From positions 2,604,001 through 2,668,000 of the forward strand of contig CM120649.1 in NCBI GenBank assembly GCA_051362555.1: a stretch of DNA of 64,000 bases, read 5' to 3'. Under the pieces are notes generated by a model. The model was not told the origin of the DNA. It ran no database searches and saw only the letters and a list, made by a program, of their open reading frames with translations. This DNA comes from Lingula anatina (lineage: Eukaryota; Animalia; Brachiopoda). The position numbers and the translations under genes are program-made. Every line of letters begins with the position of its first letter. Within the stretch, counting starts at the first letter, position 1. This document shows positions 39,282 to 54,006 of this stretch, piece by piece.

Positions 39282-40286
39282 TCAATGTTTGCAGACTTTA
39301 TCCACGTCCTTGTAAAGGTCACAAATCTTCGCATTAGGTTTTTTGTGAATTGCCAACATATTTCGCATACGACACCGATCACGGAAATTAAGACGCATTG
39401 GCGAATTCACAAATCCCGAATTATGTCGAAGTCTAACGTGATTTTCATGTGCCAGGACAGATAAAAATACGTCTTCTATGAAAAGGTGTTTCCATAACGA
39501 CGCTGAGTTAAAACGTTTGATAACGTCAGAGGAAAGTATTGATGCGAATCCAGTCACATAAGGAGGGTATTTTCTGTCACTGAATTCCTCTTGGGTTTGA
39601 AAGTACTTACTACGTGGATTGCGAACCACGGGGCTATTCACGTGAATAAAACCAACAAATAGATTCCCAGAATTTTTGGCCGGAGGACGTGTCAAGAACT
39701 GTATGACGCCCCTATAGTTAACGGTGACATCATGTCCACATTTTAGGACAAAACGGGTCCAAGGACAGTGGTCTTCTACCCAACGAAGGGCGAGAATAGA
39801 TTTCAAAGTGTAATTCTTGTACGTGTCAACAAAATCGACTTTAATTAGATCCCCAAAGTGCTCGCTTTCCTTTACGATTCTTTCCTCTACGTGTTTCATT
39901 TTCGAATTTCCTACAAAGAAGACGGTTTTAACTAATTGTCCTATGTATTCCGAAGTATTTCCACAAGTATTTCTAAACGTCAGTCTGGACTGGAAATCTC
40001 GAGGATCAGATAAAACTAGGACAAGAAGAAACGGTCCCTCGTCCACGCTGCAAGGGGCACCAAAAATGTTCGGATGCCTTTTGATATGATACCACAGGTA
40101 TGGTTTCTTCTGTAACTTTTCCTCGCATACTGACGCTGGCACTAAACAATCGGGTTGCGTTTCCTCTTTGGATACGTGACGCCTTTTCTTGTTTTCGATA
40201 GATGTAAAAGTTACCATCAGAACGAGCAGGGCCGCATTGGCTGTGAGAAAAACAAAAAACAGTCCATTTTTCGCCATGACATCCAC
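39282..40286 (-). CDS. GT31 family beta-1,3-galactosyltransferase-like type II membrane protein (intronless, 334 aa)
   Basis: N-terminal TM anchor, FLLVLVLS..R..FR.T, ESEHFGDLIKVDFVDTYKNYTLK, YPPY, EDVFL. Confidence 0.88.
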   Translation of the reverse strand: MDVMAKNGLFFVFLTANAALLVLMVTFTSIENKKRRHVSKEETQPDCLVPASVCEEKLQKKPYLWYHIKRHPNIFGAPCSVDEGPFLLVLVLSDPRDFQSRLTFRNTCGNTSEYIGQLVKTVFFVGNSKMKHVEERIVKESEHFGDLIKVDFVDTYKNYTLKSILALRWVEDHCPWTRFVLKCGHDVTVNYRGVIQFLTRPPAKNSGNLFVGFIHVNSPVVRNPRSKYFQTQEEFSDRKYPPYVTGFASILSSDVIKRFNSASLWKHLFIEDVFLSVLAHENHVRLRHNSGFVNSPMRLNFRDRCRMRNMLAIHKKPNAKICDLYKDVDKVCKH

Positions 40287-40399
40287 TCCGCAGCACTAAA
40301 ACCGACTTATACAGATAAATAAATAAATAGACAATATGGACATTTCGATCACTTATATGAACAGTCTGTAATCCATGACAATTTCACGAATAATTTAAG

Positions 40400-41058
40400 A
40401 CTTGGGAGTGTTTTCAACATGCCACTGGATAATATTCCTGCGTATGTATATGACATTTCTGAGAAAAATAGGTTCAGGATAAGAAAAATTGTTATTTTCC
40501 TTATATTCCTTTGGAATAGCAAAGATAAAGTGATATAAAGTTATATATAAAGGAGAAAACTCAGAACATATGGAAAAATTAAACACACTTATGAGGCTGA
40601 ACCTTATGTAAAACTCAACGTTCCTTTAGCTCAAAAAAGGGTAGTAGCAAAAATGAGAATCAGTGATCATGAATTAGAAATTGAAAGAGGGCGATATACA
40701 AAACCAAAGAAGCCAATTGACAAAAGGAAATGCCCCCACTGCGACTCAGTAGAAGATGAAGCACACTTTTTTCTAGAATGCAGTGAACACAGAGTCGAAC
40801 GGGAAATACTGTTCGCTTCCATACCAGAGGTGAATTTGCAGGGTCCAACAGACAATAAACTATCTATTTTACACAATCCACTCTCTGCGCAGAGTGTGAT
40901 TGCCATATGTAAATTTGTTAACAGTGCAATTAAAAAGCGTGTATCCCTGCGTGGATGAGCATAGTTTATTACTTAAATTATTCTTTTTTAATACTTGTAT
41001 TAGTTAGAGAGCCTGTAAATGTATACCATTTCTTTGTGCTCAATAAATTATTATTATT
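40400..41058 (+). mobile_element. 3' fragment of a non-LTR retrotransposon (RTEX/L2-like ORF2 C-terminus)
   Basis: KMRISDHELEIERGRY...RKCPHC..VEDEAHFFLEC zinc-knuckle region, then AATAAA and an (ATT)n tail at 41042-41058. The 5' boundary is approximate. Confidence 0.75.
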
Positions 41059-41792
41059 CAGGAGTTTCAAGTGGCCAGGGAGCAAGTACATCATTTCAAA
41101 AATGCACATCGTGTATGATCAGTAGCTATGACCCGAAATATGACACAAATTACATATTTATTTGACAATATGCATCTTGTTTATACCAGTAAATCGCGAC
41201 ACTGCACAGATATTGTTTGCTAGGAACCGTAGTCCGTTCCCCATTACTTTGTACAGGTGACATTAGTCCCAATATACTAACCCCAATGCTCCAACTAACC
41301 CTAACCTGTACTAATCATATGGTAGCCCGGACTTCCATTCCTAGGACTTCCATTCCTGTAACACAGGTAAAACACAACACTTGACAGATATTGTTTGCTA
41401 TATATATTTATTATTTATCCGGTGCATAATAACTGTCACGCATGCGCCATTAGCTCCGCTCCTCGCGCATCTCATGAATAATTAACATATTTATAAGTCC
41501 ACAGTATTCTGGGAAGATGAGGTCGTCGTGCATGCCATTAATATTGTAACTCAAGAAACAAGACTTATTAAATACAATAGTTAGATAAATGTCAATTTCC
41601 CTTATTTATGATCTTTGAATGTTGTTTAGAGAGTACGGTGTATAATGTGTGGACAATTTTGCCCAACCCATGCGGGGAAAGTTTTGAACCTGCTTCTGAA
41701 GTACTTTAGAAAGTACCATATTACAATATATATAATTACCCACCCCCTAGTACATTCCTACCCTAGTCTCAATGCAGTTCTACAAGGGTTAA

Positions 41793-43449
41793 AGGCCCGG
41801 TCACACCTACAGAACGCACGAGGTACGCATGCATTGCGCATGAAAATAAGCCAAATGCGCTGTTGTGCGTCCAACTTTTGACAGAATTTGCCAGGAAAAT
41901 TGCGAATACATAGCGTTCTGTTGGTGTATTTTGCGTATAAAGGGCACATGAAGATCGACTATAGCACGCACGCGTAAAAAAATCCAACGAATGCACAACG
42001 GGTTTTTGGCGCAAGGAACGAATGACCCGCGCATTCAGCACGCATTAAGCGAACAGTCAGTCAGCAGCAATCACGTGACTCGTTCTCTATGTATAAAAAC
42101 TGCAGATTATGTAAAAAGTAACAAGTAAAGTTAATTTTCTTGGATACACATTTATCGCTTCATTTATTGGGAAGGTGATATTAAACAGCAAAATAATAAA
42201 GAGAAGCATTAACATGATATACACTGTTAATGTAATTGTTTTGAATTATAACCGAGCATTGTTTTTAGATAATTTATGTAAAAATCGAGCTATACAAAAT
42301 ACTTAGATTAAGACCATCTCAGAGGACAAAATTTAACCCTGATTGTAACTTTAATTACAGTAACATCACATGTGCGTTATGTATTTTGTACCACTGTGTA
42401 TTATTAAATGTCTTGTTTAGTCTATGCTTAAATGGTCATTTCAAAGGGAAGGACGAGGTGGTCTAAATCATCCTGTCTTGCCATAGAACAGATCCGTCTT
42501 CAGAGTTGACCCAGTGTTTGATGAGATTTCTCTGTTTTTTACCTTTATTGCTGGACGTGTTGCTGCCAGTGACGATGCGGGTATCCTCTAGATTTCGGCA
42601 ATTTCTCCACTCACCAGCAGCAAACTCTTGACCCAGGTTCTCGGAAACGTCAAGCTGCTGGCTCTGCAGTGAATACCGGGTCCTCATAAGGTTGTGGAGG
42701 AATATGCTTGCTATAATAATCTTTTTGATGGCCTTGGGCTGCCGCTGCATTGTCCTAGGTAGAACTTGTAAACGGTTCGCCAGAATGCTCCTGGTGTCAC
42801 AGGCTTGGTGCAGTGCAAGTTCCATGACGTTATGAGAATGTTGGATAACTGAAGTTTTGTATTCTGATCGCAGCCTGTCAAGATCTTCCATATTATGAAG
42901 CGGTTATTCAGCATAAGTGGAGAAGTGATGTGGATACAGAGGACCCATTTATGTATACACCATGGATACACGATAGACTCAGGACACGCATGCTTGGGAC
43001 ACGCTAGGAACACGACAGAGGCGCGCTACAATAACGCTGGCTGCGTTATAGAGTCGTTCAACGTTCGTTCTGGTTCGTAAGAGATTCGTTTATAGTCGCT
43101 GCATGTTCGCTACACATGCGGTGGAAGCATGCTGTGTGCTCGCTACGCCAAAGCCAACGAGTTTGAAACGAACACTTAGCGTTTATGCAACGTCTGATTA
43201 ACGCTGATCCAGCGGCCTCCGCGAATGCCGAGCGACCTTTTGACGTGTAAGTTCATGCGTCGAGCTGAACGCACATTTTTGTGCATGCACAAAAACTCAG
43301 ACGCACAAGAGCGAATGAAAACGAATGCATAACTGTCACCCGGCGCGTTTGACGAATGCAGACGCATAACAGCGCACTGGCCAAAATTGCCAATTTTTTA
43401 GCGCGTCGGCCGTGCGCCGACCCTGCGTCGTGTACGTGTGACCGGGGTA
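41793..43449 (-). mobile_element. PIF/Harbinger DNA transposon, internally deleted, with transposase C-terminal remnant
   Basis: TIR core cccggtcacac / gtgtgaccggg. ORF 42463-42891 carries ILANR...P...II.A...LHN.MR...G.V.WQ, typical of Harbinger DDE nucleases. Confidence 0.8.
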
Positions 43450-43819
43450 TATAGGACAATACGTCGAAATAAAGCTTTTTAAAACCCACGTCCTAATGTT
43501 GAACGAAATTCGAAGTATTTTTGCATCAGATACTCACATTGGCAAAATATGCTGACAATTATATTTTGAATTCATTCAAAGAACTTGCGTATTGAATTGT
43601 GTAAAAATACTCTTTAAATCCTAAAAGATATTTATAAAGCGATCATGAATTTCCAAGAACGCACATTATTCATTGCCATTATTTTCTTAAACGACAAAAT
43701 TAACTCAAATAAAACCCCACAATTCCATAAGTCAGCTTGAAAGGATTCTGAGGATTCTAAATTCATGTGCACTAACGCTACATGAGTAATTCACTGTACG
43801 TTTCATAGCGAGAAGATGC

Positions 43820-46800
43820 CTATGAACACCTATGTTCTCGTTTCTCTTCCATTTGGTGTCGTCTGCTTTTTAGAACTGGAATGGCCAGTAGCATGAGTGA
43901 TCCCCCTATGAACAGAATACCTGAAATATTGTAGAAAAATAAGTTTATAAGAGGCATCATGTAGTTCAATATAAAACAGATTTATGCCATACGAAGTGAA
44001 GAAACTGGCTGGTTGGACTGAACAAGATCCTTTTTATTCTGAAATTCTAGCTTCTCTCTAAGTGAACATCTTGAAATAACATCAATCGGATAAAAAACGA
44101 ATACGCCATCAAATCTTGCAGGGATTCAATCCTCGCTCCGATAGAAAATACTTATGTGACGATTCAAAAGTACCACTACCCTTCAAAAGTGGGTCACTTC
44201 GACTCTATATACAATTGGCTTGAAGATGGCTCAATGTAATTTTCCCATGCTTTTACTTATCTATTTTGTGTAGCTGCCCTTTGTTGGTGAAGCGCTAGTA
44301 TTTGTATGTACAATTCAATAATATCCCAAGAATGGAGCCATTATTTTGGTCATTATTTTACATTAAATATATATATTTATTTCAACCGATGTTATGACCA
44401 ACAAGACTTAAAAATTGGCAGGTGTTTCCTCGTTTAAATAAGCATCGTCCAAGTGTTCTGTCGCAAACACTCTTGCTAAAATGTATGGAACACTCATTTA
44501 CATACAGTGCATTAATCAAAGAATCGGTTCAGTTTTCAAACTCATTGTGTAATATATCAATGGTTTCCTCTGTGAAATTGAGAGAATGAATATAGGTTTG
44601 AGTTTTAAAAAGATTGTGAAAAAAAGATGTGAATATATATAATTTAGGTTATGGGCATGAATTGAAGAATATTTTGTCGAAGCTATACTTTCACTCAAAA
44701 TTAACATTTACCTGCAAGATAAAACGAATATGAATAGTCGCCGGTGAGATCGTATAGATAACCTACAAGGAAGGTAAAATACACGAGTCAGAAAGTAGTC
44801 AAATGCTTGACGAAAGAAGAATAAATCTGAGGAATAATGAAAAGTCCCGGTGAATATCTCTTCAAACAGTGAAAATAGAAATATGGATATAACGACACCC
44901 ATTCATAAAGAATGGGTTGGCGTTCTTCATCTCAATAAAAGCGTTGAGGTGCTTTCAGTAACTTCATGCCTATTCTAGACGGTGATGTACAAGGAAGAAT
45001 ACAGAGGTCTTCAAATATAAGAAAGAATATCTTTTGTTCTATAATATTAAATAGAGGACGTGATTTGGATCGACTGTCACTAAGGAAACAGTGCCAACCG
45101 GAAAAAGGATGCCGACAGTTACAGTGACAAGAATGCTTACAGGTTCCTAGCACGCCTGGCATTTGATATTCAAAACACAAAAATAAGCGATGAAAAACCG
45201 GAATAGGATTACCTGCCAGTGGAGGGCCAATTCCACAACCGATACCGCTCATAACCATCAGATATCCAAACCCAGCTCCCAGCGACGACAGTCCGACAGT
45301 CTCCACTGTCATTGGTGCCAATAACGGTATAATGATGGTTGAATAAACACCGAAGAGAGCAGCGAACAAGACTTGGGACCAATAATTGTGTATGAATAAC
45401 GGCAAACTAAATGACAACAGTGCTGAGATCCCCAGGGCGCCAGCGCCCAAAGTAACCTGATCCACGTGCTCTTTGTCGTTGGTTGCAGCCCCCGCAAGCA
45501 GTCGACTGAAAAAATTCCCCACGCCAATAACTGACAACAAGATGGCGCCTTGCGGAGGGGTGGTTTCGTGCTGCAATGTGTAAGCGATAAGGTGCAGAAA
45601 GCAAAGGAGACTGCCGGAGGCCCAGAAGAATACCGCAATGCATAAACAAACGAAAGCTCCGTTCTTTAGAGGGCCAACGTCTAAGATTGTCATTATATTT
45701 GTCTGGTAGCTTGGTTTTTCCTTGTCTTCTATAGCACTAAGTTGGTTATTTGAAACTGAATGCTGAGAGACACTTAAAGTCATGCTGCCCATTGACGATA
45801 AGCTAAGAATTGAAGTAGCACTAAATATATTGTCCTTTGGGTCATTCAGCATAGGGTCTAACCGATTTGATTTCTTGCTCATGTTATCGCGACAAAAGCG
45901 GTTCGAATCATCAGTGAAAAAATCGTTTGTCAATGTCTCTTCTAGAACAAGTTTGTTCAAGTCTCTTCGTTTCTGATCACTGTTCTTTTCTGGGAGGTGT
46001 AAATTATCTTGAATAGTCGTCTCTATGTAATACCTATTTTTCTCCTCAAGCGGTTTCATTACAGTTCCAAAGACGCAGTTATTCAGGCACAGTCCTGCGA
46101 CGATAAAAGAAGAACCACGCAACGAATAAGTGTCTATGAGGAACTGGATCAAAGGGGGGCACATGAACTGTCCCAGGGCCATACCCGCTGTAGCAATACC
46201 AAGAGCTATTGGTCTTCTCCTGTGAAAATACTGTCCGACGCAGATCGTTGAAGCTGTATAAACAAGACCGGTACCAAACCCTGCAAAGAAAGATGGCTTT
46301 GCCAGAAAAATTAATCTTACCAAAATGAAACATGAGGCGTTGCGAAATATTTATGCTTCTTTCAGTCTAACGATCGACAGACAGGCAAAGAAAGAGGTGA
46401 ACGGACGAAGGGGTTCATACATTAATACACAAACACACACACACACGCGGAAACATTCATACATATCTTCCAACAACAAATCCAAATATGACATTACCCC
46501 AAAGCAGTGCCGAAGTTACCAAGCGATTAAATAATGGCATCTAAAAATCTACCTGCAGTGTAGCTAATGATGATAAATTAAACACTAACTGAATGACTTA
46601 TCAAAATAACATTTACAGGTAAATGAATGTACACCAATTTCTAAGTCTTGCCATCACGGGATTCAATGCTAACTGAACTGCAAGTGTTGATAATATAGTT
46701 CGAAGGACAAACTTGAAATGGTAATGATTGAGAGGGGCTACAAACGGGCTCCACTTCTTGACATGCTGTATCTAAGCAGCACCCCTAACACTCTGTACTT

Positions 46801-47745
46801 CATTTTCATAGTTATTAATGGACTCCAACACGTGGTGCATCCATTCATCACCACTAAGTAACCATAACAGAGATAAAAGCTATTTCAATGGCAAATTAAT
46901 CAGCAATGAATCTTTTATTAGTCTTGTTCTATTTTTATTTTACACGAGTGTGTTTTCTCACAGGGGGTTTATATCGGAGGCCTATTTCATGATCTAATAT
47001 AACCATAATGGCTAGGATTTCAAACGGGCTCTAGAGAAAGGACCCCCCCCCCCCCCCCCCCCCACTAACTTTCTTCTCCACATACACCTGTACGGATTTA
47101 AATGGTGAGCAAAGGCACGTGACCTAGAAACTGATGTGCATTTTTCCTACCAGTGCATGCATGTGTTACCTTAACTTGCCCTCCCCAGAACTGTACTTTT
47201 ACATTGTATAATTGTAGATCTTCGTTGACACTTTCAGTTTATTTACTGTCAACGTTTCACTTATACAGGAAGAAACATGGTGGCATCTGTTCTTGCCAAA
47301 ATGTGATTACCATCCTTCTTGCTTTTTTTTTAATAAGCCAGACAATACAGACAGATGTAATTTACTGCCACGTGGTTTAGGTAGAACTGCAAAACTATGT
47401 ATGCTTTGCTCAACTCTCTCTCGCGCGCGTTTATTGGCTACCTCTTTTATCCCTAAACTTAATTTGCAATTGAAATAACCTGCCACATACACTATGTTAA
47501 CCGTGTGTATTAAAATTCAATTTTGCATACATTTACCATCAACCATGAATAACAGATGGCGTTTTAATTAACTTTTCAAGCCGAAATGCAACCTGCCACA
47601 AACACACCTCATTGAATCAAGGCATCATTGTACATAAATTTCAAATTTTAATGTTAAAACCCGTCTAATCAAATATGCGAATCAAATCCAAGCTTTCATT
47701 ACTATTAACTACTAAATACTTAACACTACGCGTACACAATCACGG

Positions 47746-47782
<37 letters not shown>

Positions 47783-48273
47783 TGAATGTTACTGTATTAT
47801 TTACCTACGACAAATCCAAATGTCGCTATAATCTCCGACATATTTGTAGAAAAAGCTGTGCCAATAAAACCGAGCGCTGAAATGATGGCCCCCAACAAAA
47901 TACTTATCCGACAGCTGTACTTATTTGCGATGATGCCGCTCACAATTCCCGTTAGACCAGAAATAGAGTTCTGCAAACTGCCGGCAAGTGAAACATAACT
48001 TCGTTTTTCGTCCGGAAACTGGGTCAAAAATTCCGCGTTGTACACACCGACAGAACAATTGATTCCATTATTGATGCAGTTGCAGAGGAAAGACGCTACC
48101 AGTACAGCCCAAGCCCACCCTCTGTCTATGTCCACGGGATTCATATATGTCGGATAACGTACAGTACCTTCTATGCTGTCAGAATGGCACTCATTGTCCA
48201 TTTTGACCTGTATTGTCTGATCGGTCTCATTGCCATTGCTTTCGGACGGTGCTGTAGGTTGCAGATGACGCAT
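43820..48273 (-). CDS. SLC16/monocarboxylate transporter family MFS protein, paralog 4 (4 exons, ~562 aa)
   Basis: Exons 48273-47805, 46280-45213, 44762-44712, 43920-43820 with GT/AG boundaries; 1689 nt in frame. Confidence 0.88.
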
Positions 48274-50079
48274 GGCGTTGTGTGAAGAACAAGCACATTG
48301 CCTTTAAATTCTGATAGTGGCAGCAGCTCTTGGGAAATTTACTGTGTATCGTGAACCCGCATACCGTCACGACTTCGACCCGCAGCCATGTAGGAGGTCG
48401 AGCGAAGAGCGTTAGTAACGGGTGGTTATAGGTAAGTCTTAGTTGGTTTTGGCTTGAGAACGCCGTCGTTTCGTGCGATTTTTGACAAGTTAATTATCTG
48501 CTAAGACGTAACTGTGCTGCAGAGGATTTGGATAAATATTGACTGATTAATGTCAGTTTAATAGATTGTTTTCAAAATTATCATTATCTTTGCTTTGTAT
48601 TACTTTATGTAGGCAGATTTACAAATCGCGGATGGAGTGCTTTCCGTTATTCAGTTCAATGCACACTAATCGAGCATGCCCTACCCTATACACTACAAGT
48701 ACGGGCACTGATTATATCATATCATTATTATAAGCTTTATTTATAGAAACGTCCCAATGTGCTCATCACTGCTAGTTCGATTTGTGTTGTGTGAGATTCA
48801 ATATTCGACAATAAATAAACAATGCGTCAAAATATCATAAATTTGAACATCGGAACAGATTCATTAACCTTTGGTAAGTATGGTAATAAATGTTATTTAC
48901 CCTTGGAAAATCCGTTAAATAGCACTTTTCCCGCCAAAATGAACAGTTTAAAGACGAAATTTGCGTTGTTTTACAGGTGAACCTGCGGCTTGTATGATAT
49001 AATAATTGTTTCAACTGGGCACGAAAGATCAGTATTGGTATCTGATACAAAAAAAGCAATAGGAATGCTTCCCAACTTGAGATACAGTACCTCATTCCTG
49101 AGAGTAGCAAAATAAGAAACCGCACGTGACAGCAACTACATGGCCGGATTCGCTAACGATTTACTACCAAATTGTCACTCCACGTGGGCACTGCGAGAGG
49201 ATGTCCCAGAACCAGCTACAAACTTTTTTCTCTCTCTTTCACAAACACACACCATACACACACACACACACACACACACTTATACGTTTGTCGTTTTTAC
49301 AGTCATTGAGATAAAAAAAAAAACTGAGACCTTTTTTTTTTTTTGGGGGGGGGGGGGGTTATGGTTGCCAGCAAGAAGATTTATAGTTGTTCTTGTTTTA
49401 TACATTGAGAGTGACGATTCCAATGAATAACTAAAAATATATAATATTTTTTAAGTTAAGACAGAGAGTGGATGTTTATTCTCACAATAAAATCCGATTT
49501 TTATCTTAGAGTGAAAAAGAGCAAATTCAGATTTTTCATTGTTTATCATATCTGATAGTATTTTTAATGACTACGTGTACATATTTACAGTGCGTGTTGC
49601 TGGTAGGTTTCAAGTGTTACACCCAGGTTCCAATATTAAAAACGTCTCCCTCGAATGAAGTATGATACAATTTACAAAATGTGGAAGCGTAGAGCTCCAT
49701 TGCACATGTACAACCGAAAGCATTTAGGAACTGCAACGCCTTTTGCAACCAAAGAAAATCGTGAAAATACATTTTGCAACTGCAACTCATTTTGCAACCA
49801 GGATTTTTTTCTTAGTCCCTGAAACCGGTTGAGGTACGGAACAGGTAGAATTAGAATGGGGACAGGGTTGCCTCGACTAGGTATGCTGAATCTGATCAGG
49901 CTGCCCCTTGGAGGGGGGGGGGGGGCGATGATATATAATCTATTTCACTTTGTAATTTCCAAGACATAATAGTTGAATCATAGCGACTTTTATTTACATT
50001 AAGCTTTTTTTGGAAATTCCAGTAACAATTTACACAAAATGCTGGTAGCATCAACGGAACATTTGTTTAGTAGCCGAAG

Positions 50080-50122
<43 letters not shown>

Positions 50123-50349
50123 ATTTAAATTCAACAGCAGGTGTTGCAGAAAAGTTTTCAAAATCAAGTGGTAGTTTAGTTTAGTAGTCAGGACAAAAAT
50201 ATATGATCTCTGTTAAACTGTACCACCCGTTATTGAACATGTAATTAGTAATAAACATACATAAATATATTAGCTCTTATGTTTATTTTCATAAGTATTT
50301 TGTGGATCGCAGCAGATGTTGTAGATGGGCTCTAGTAGTCTATGGTCAG

Positions 50350-50388
<39 letters not shown>

Positions 50389-51510
50389 AGAGAGAGAGAG
50401 AGTAAGTAAAGACACCAGGTTTAAATAACATTAGAACTTTAAACAAAACTCTGCCTTTCTTGAGAAGAAAAATGTTTACTGCCATTATGGTAGTTTGTGA
50501 TTCTTGTGAAATGACAAATGAAACATTTTTTCTACAAATTTGAATGCTTGTAAATGAAAATAAGCTAAAGGACTAGCATTGCCTTTGACCAAATAAAACA
50601 CAAGGCTTGTAGTTTTACGTGACATTTTAATGATATTTTTAATGGACGTGGCGGTAGAGCGAGAAACCAAATAATCACAGAAAGGTGAGTTTTCTAAATA
50701 AGATTTTTCCAGTAAATGTGGTCTTAGCACATCGAGGTTTTGGTATTCAAAATAGTATGCGAAGAATGTGTGCAATTTTCAACACTTAGGTACTCCAAAG
50801 TTTACACTGGGTCGAGTAAAGATGCGGCCACCAATATTACAATGGCATCAAAAAAGATTATTAAAAGTTATTAAAATATGATGTAAATCCTTATCTTCGT
50901 TTATCAGAAGGCAAAATAGGAAAAAAGCTGATAAAAGTGATTTGGAAAAAAAACATTCCATATTAAATGTCAAGTCTGTATATGGCGGTTTTTATTCGTC
51001 TGCAAACGAGGCCCGGTCCAGGTTTGCATTGCACAGCAAAATTGCTCTAAATTTTAACACCAAAATGTTACCTTTCTTTTAATCCTGATGAATGAAGTAT
51101 TAGTCCAATTTAATGAAACATACTTTCCGTTCTATATCAAGAAAGGCATCGCAATGCTAATGAGGGGCATGAGCATGATAATCTTTAAATTTATCATTTT
51201 TGTTTTTACCCTCAATAAATAAAGTTTAGTAAATAAATAAATTAATAAATGTTTCAATCAAAAACTTTATTTGTGTGGGCAGCTGTGAATTTTTATAGAC
51301 CTAAAGTAAGACAAATGTTGTTGACTCATTGCTTAGATCAATGTTTAGCTTTAGGTTACGTTTTCTTTAACTAATTGAACCCATTTACCGCAATAGTTCA
51401 ATACATTAATTGAGGACCAATCTTTCTTGATAGAACTTTAACCATCATCGCCGGGCGAACTATAGCGGATTATAATCTCCGAAAAGATTATTCTTAGGCC
51501 TTTGGTAGCT

Positions 51511-53971
51511 TTAGGTGATGTCATGTTCCTTTTCTTTTTCCAGTCGCCTGCTTTGCAACACTGGAATGGCCAGTATCATCAGAGAACCGCTCATATACAA
51601 TACACCTGAAATATCAATGCAACACTGGAATGGCCAGTATCATGAGAGATCCGCCCAAATACAATACACCTGAAATATCAATGCCAAATATACCGTTTGA
51701 GATAATAACCCCGTGTATATATTGGAAGCAACAAAAAATCAAGCGAAAAGGGTTATAGGTACATATTACAAGAAAAATTCTTACGCTTTCATATGAGCTA
51801 ACAGGGGTATATTGACAGACACGCAAAACCGCAATTAAGACTTCAATGGAGACCGCTCAATTCAAAGCTGGCATTAAGTATGCAGAATTATTCAATTTTC
51901 ATAGGATTCGATGCGCTATCGACTTAAGTTTGAACTTACCTGCAAAGTAAAACGAATACGAATAATCGTTTGTAAGATCGTATAGATAACCTGCAGTGGA
52001 AAAAAAACATTTATTAATATATAGAGATCAGAATTGATATTATGAAATTAAAATAAACATGATATATAAAAATGAAAATAGAATATCAAAAGCCCTTTAT
52101 GAAATACAAAAAAAAGATATAGGGGCATTCTAAGACAGTTTGATAGGCCATATAATTATATATCGCCAGTCAAAAGTGTCACTTAAGAAGGGCCCATATG
52201 TTAAAAAGCCTAGGGTTTGGACCTAAGAGAATCTTGCTTTAACAATTGCTAAGTGTTGCGTAGCACGTAAAAGGGTGATTTCATTTCCAAACTGATTGAA
52301 TATAACGTTCTTCCTTTTGGATTAAGCTATATCCTCACATCTAAAATGAAACAAAAGAACGGAAAGAAGTACAGTTACAGTATATTTTTACCCAGCATAT
52401 TACCTGCTATTGGCGGACCAACCGCACAGCCGATACCATTCAACACCATCAAATATCCAAACCCAGCTCCCAAAGAAGACAATCCCACCGTCTCAACTGT
52501 AATCGTCGTGAACAGCGGTAGAATGACAGTTGAATAATTTCCGTAGAGTGCGGCAAACAAAACCTGAGACCAGTAACTGTGTATGAACAACGGTAAGCAG
52601 AAAGACAGCAACGCCGAGATCCCCATAACACCGGCGCCCAAAGTAACCTGGTCCACGTGCTCTTTGTCGTTGGTAGCTGCCCCGGCAAGCAGGCGACTGA
52701 ACAAATTTCCCGCGCCGTAGACTGATAGCAATATTGCCGCTTGCAGAGGGGAGGTTCCATGCTGTACCGTGTAGGCGATAAGGTGAACCCCGCATGTGAC
52801 GTAAGCTGCGGCAAAGAAGAACACCGAAATGCTGAAGGAAATGAACGCTGCACTCTTCAATGGGCGAATGTCTAAGAGACCCCTTACATATGCCATGCAA
52901 CCAAAATTGGTCCTGTCTTCTGCAACAACAATGTGATTGTTTGAAGCAAAACGTTGGGAGAGGTTTGACGTCATGCTACTGAAAGCTGCAGACGACAAGC
53001 TGAGAAACGCAGACGACCCGAGCGTGCTGTGCTTGTTTCCATTCACCAGACGAGCTGGCAGGTCTGTATGCTTGGAACCGTCATCGTAGCAAAAAGTATT
53101 TGAATTCTCCGCTTCGACTTTGTTTGGCATAGCTTTGTGTAATCCGTCGTCTATTTTGGTTACGTCTGTATGTATCTGGTAACTTTCCTTTTTTGATTGA
53201 CCGGAACCATTATTTGTGATGCACTTAGTTTCTCTTGGGTCTCTAACATGGGTACTTCTGGAACCATCTGCTTCACGATCCGTATTGTATAGGCACTTAG
53301 GCGGTTTCATGATTGTACCAAAAACGCAGTTATTCAGACACAGACCGGCGACCATGAAAGCAGAACCTCTCCACGTGTATGTGTCTATGAGGAATTGGAA
53401 CAGAGGTGGACAAACAATTTGACCCAGGGCCATTCCTGCTGTAGTTATACCAAGAGCCATGGGCCTTCTCTTGTGGAAATATTGACCAACGCACACTGTC
53501 GTAGCCGTGTAAACGAGGCCGGTACCACACCCTGCAAAGAAGGTGAATATTTCGGATGAAAAAGGTAGCAAAATATTATTTAATAACTAGAAAAGCACTC
53601 AGAGAGCGCAGACCTCCACCAAGGCAGCAAAGTCTCCATTCAATGCTGTTTCACCCCTAAATGTTCGATATTTTTGATTATTGATTGTTTTTTGATCTGG
53701 ATCACCACCAAAAACTAATCATCTTTTCCTTGGCCCACATCTGACAGTTCCTGAAAATTTCATTAAAATCGGTCCATAACTTTTTGAGTTATGTTGATCA
53801 CAGACAGACAGAGAGACAGACAGACAGACAGACAGACAAACAGGGGTGAAAACATAACCTCCTTGGCGGAGTAGGTAATAATGATTAATTGCATGGAGGG
53901 GTGAAGGTAGAAACCGCCGTTTGTAGCTGCAAGACAGTCTGATAGACTCTGGGTCGATGAACAAAGTGACA

Positions 53972-54006
<35 letters not shown>

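Noticed and set aside
44932-46323. Long SLC16 ORFs (also 8333-9652, 13533-14738, 26863-27966, 52375-53571) as complete single-exon genes
   Set aside because: Their ends read into introns. Conserved splice sites at AG|GG and G|GT delimit exon 2 in all paralogs.
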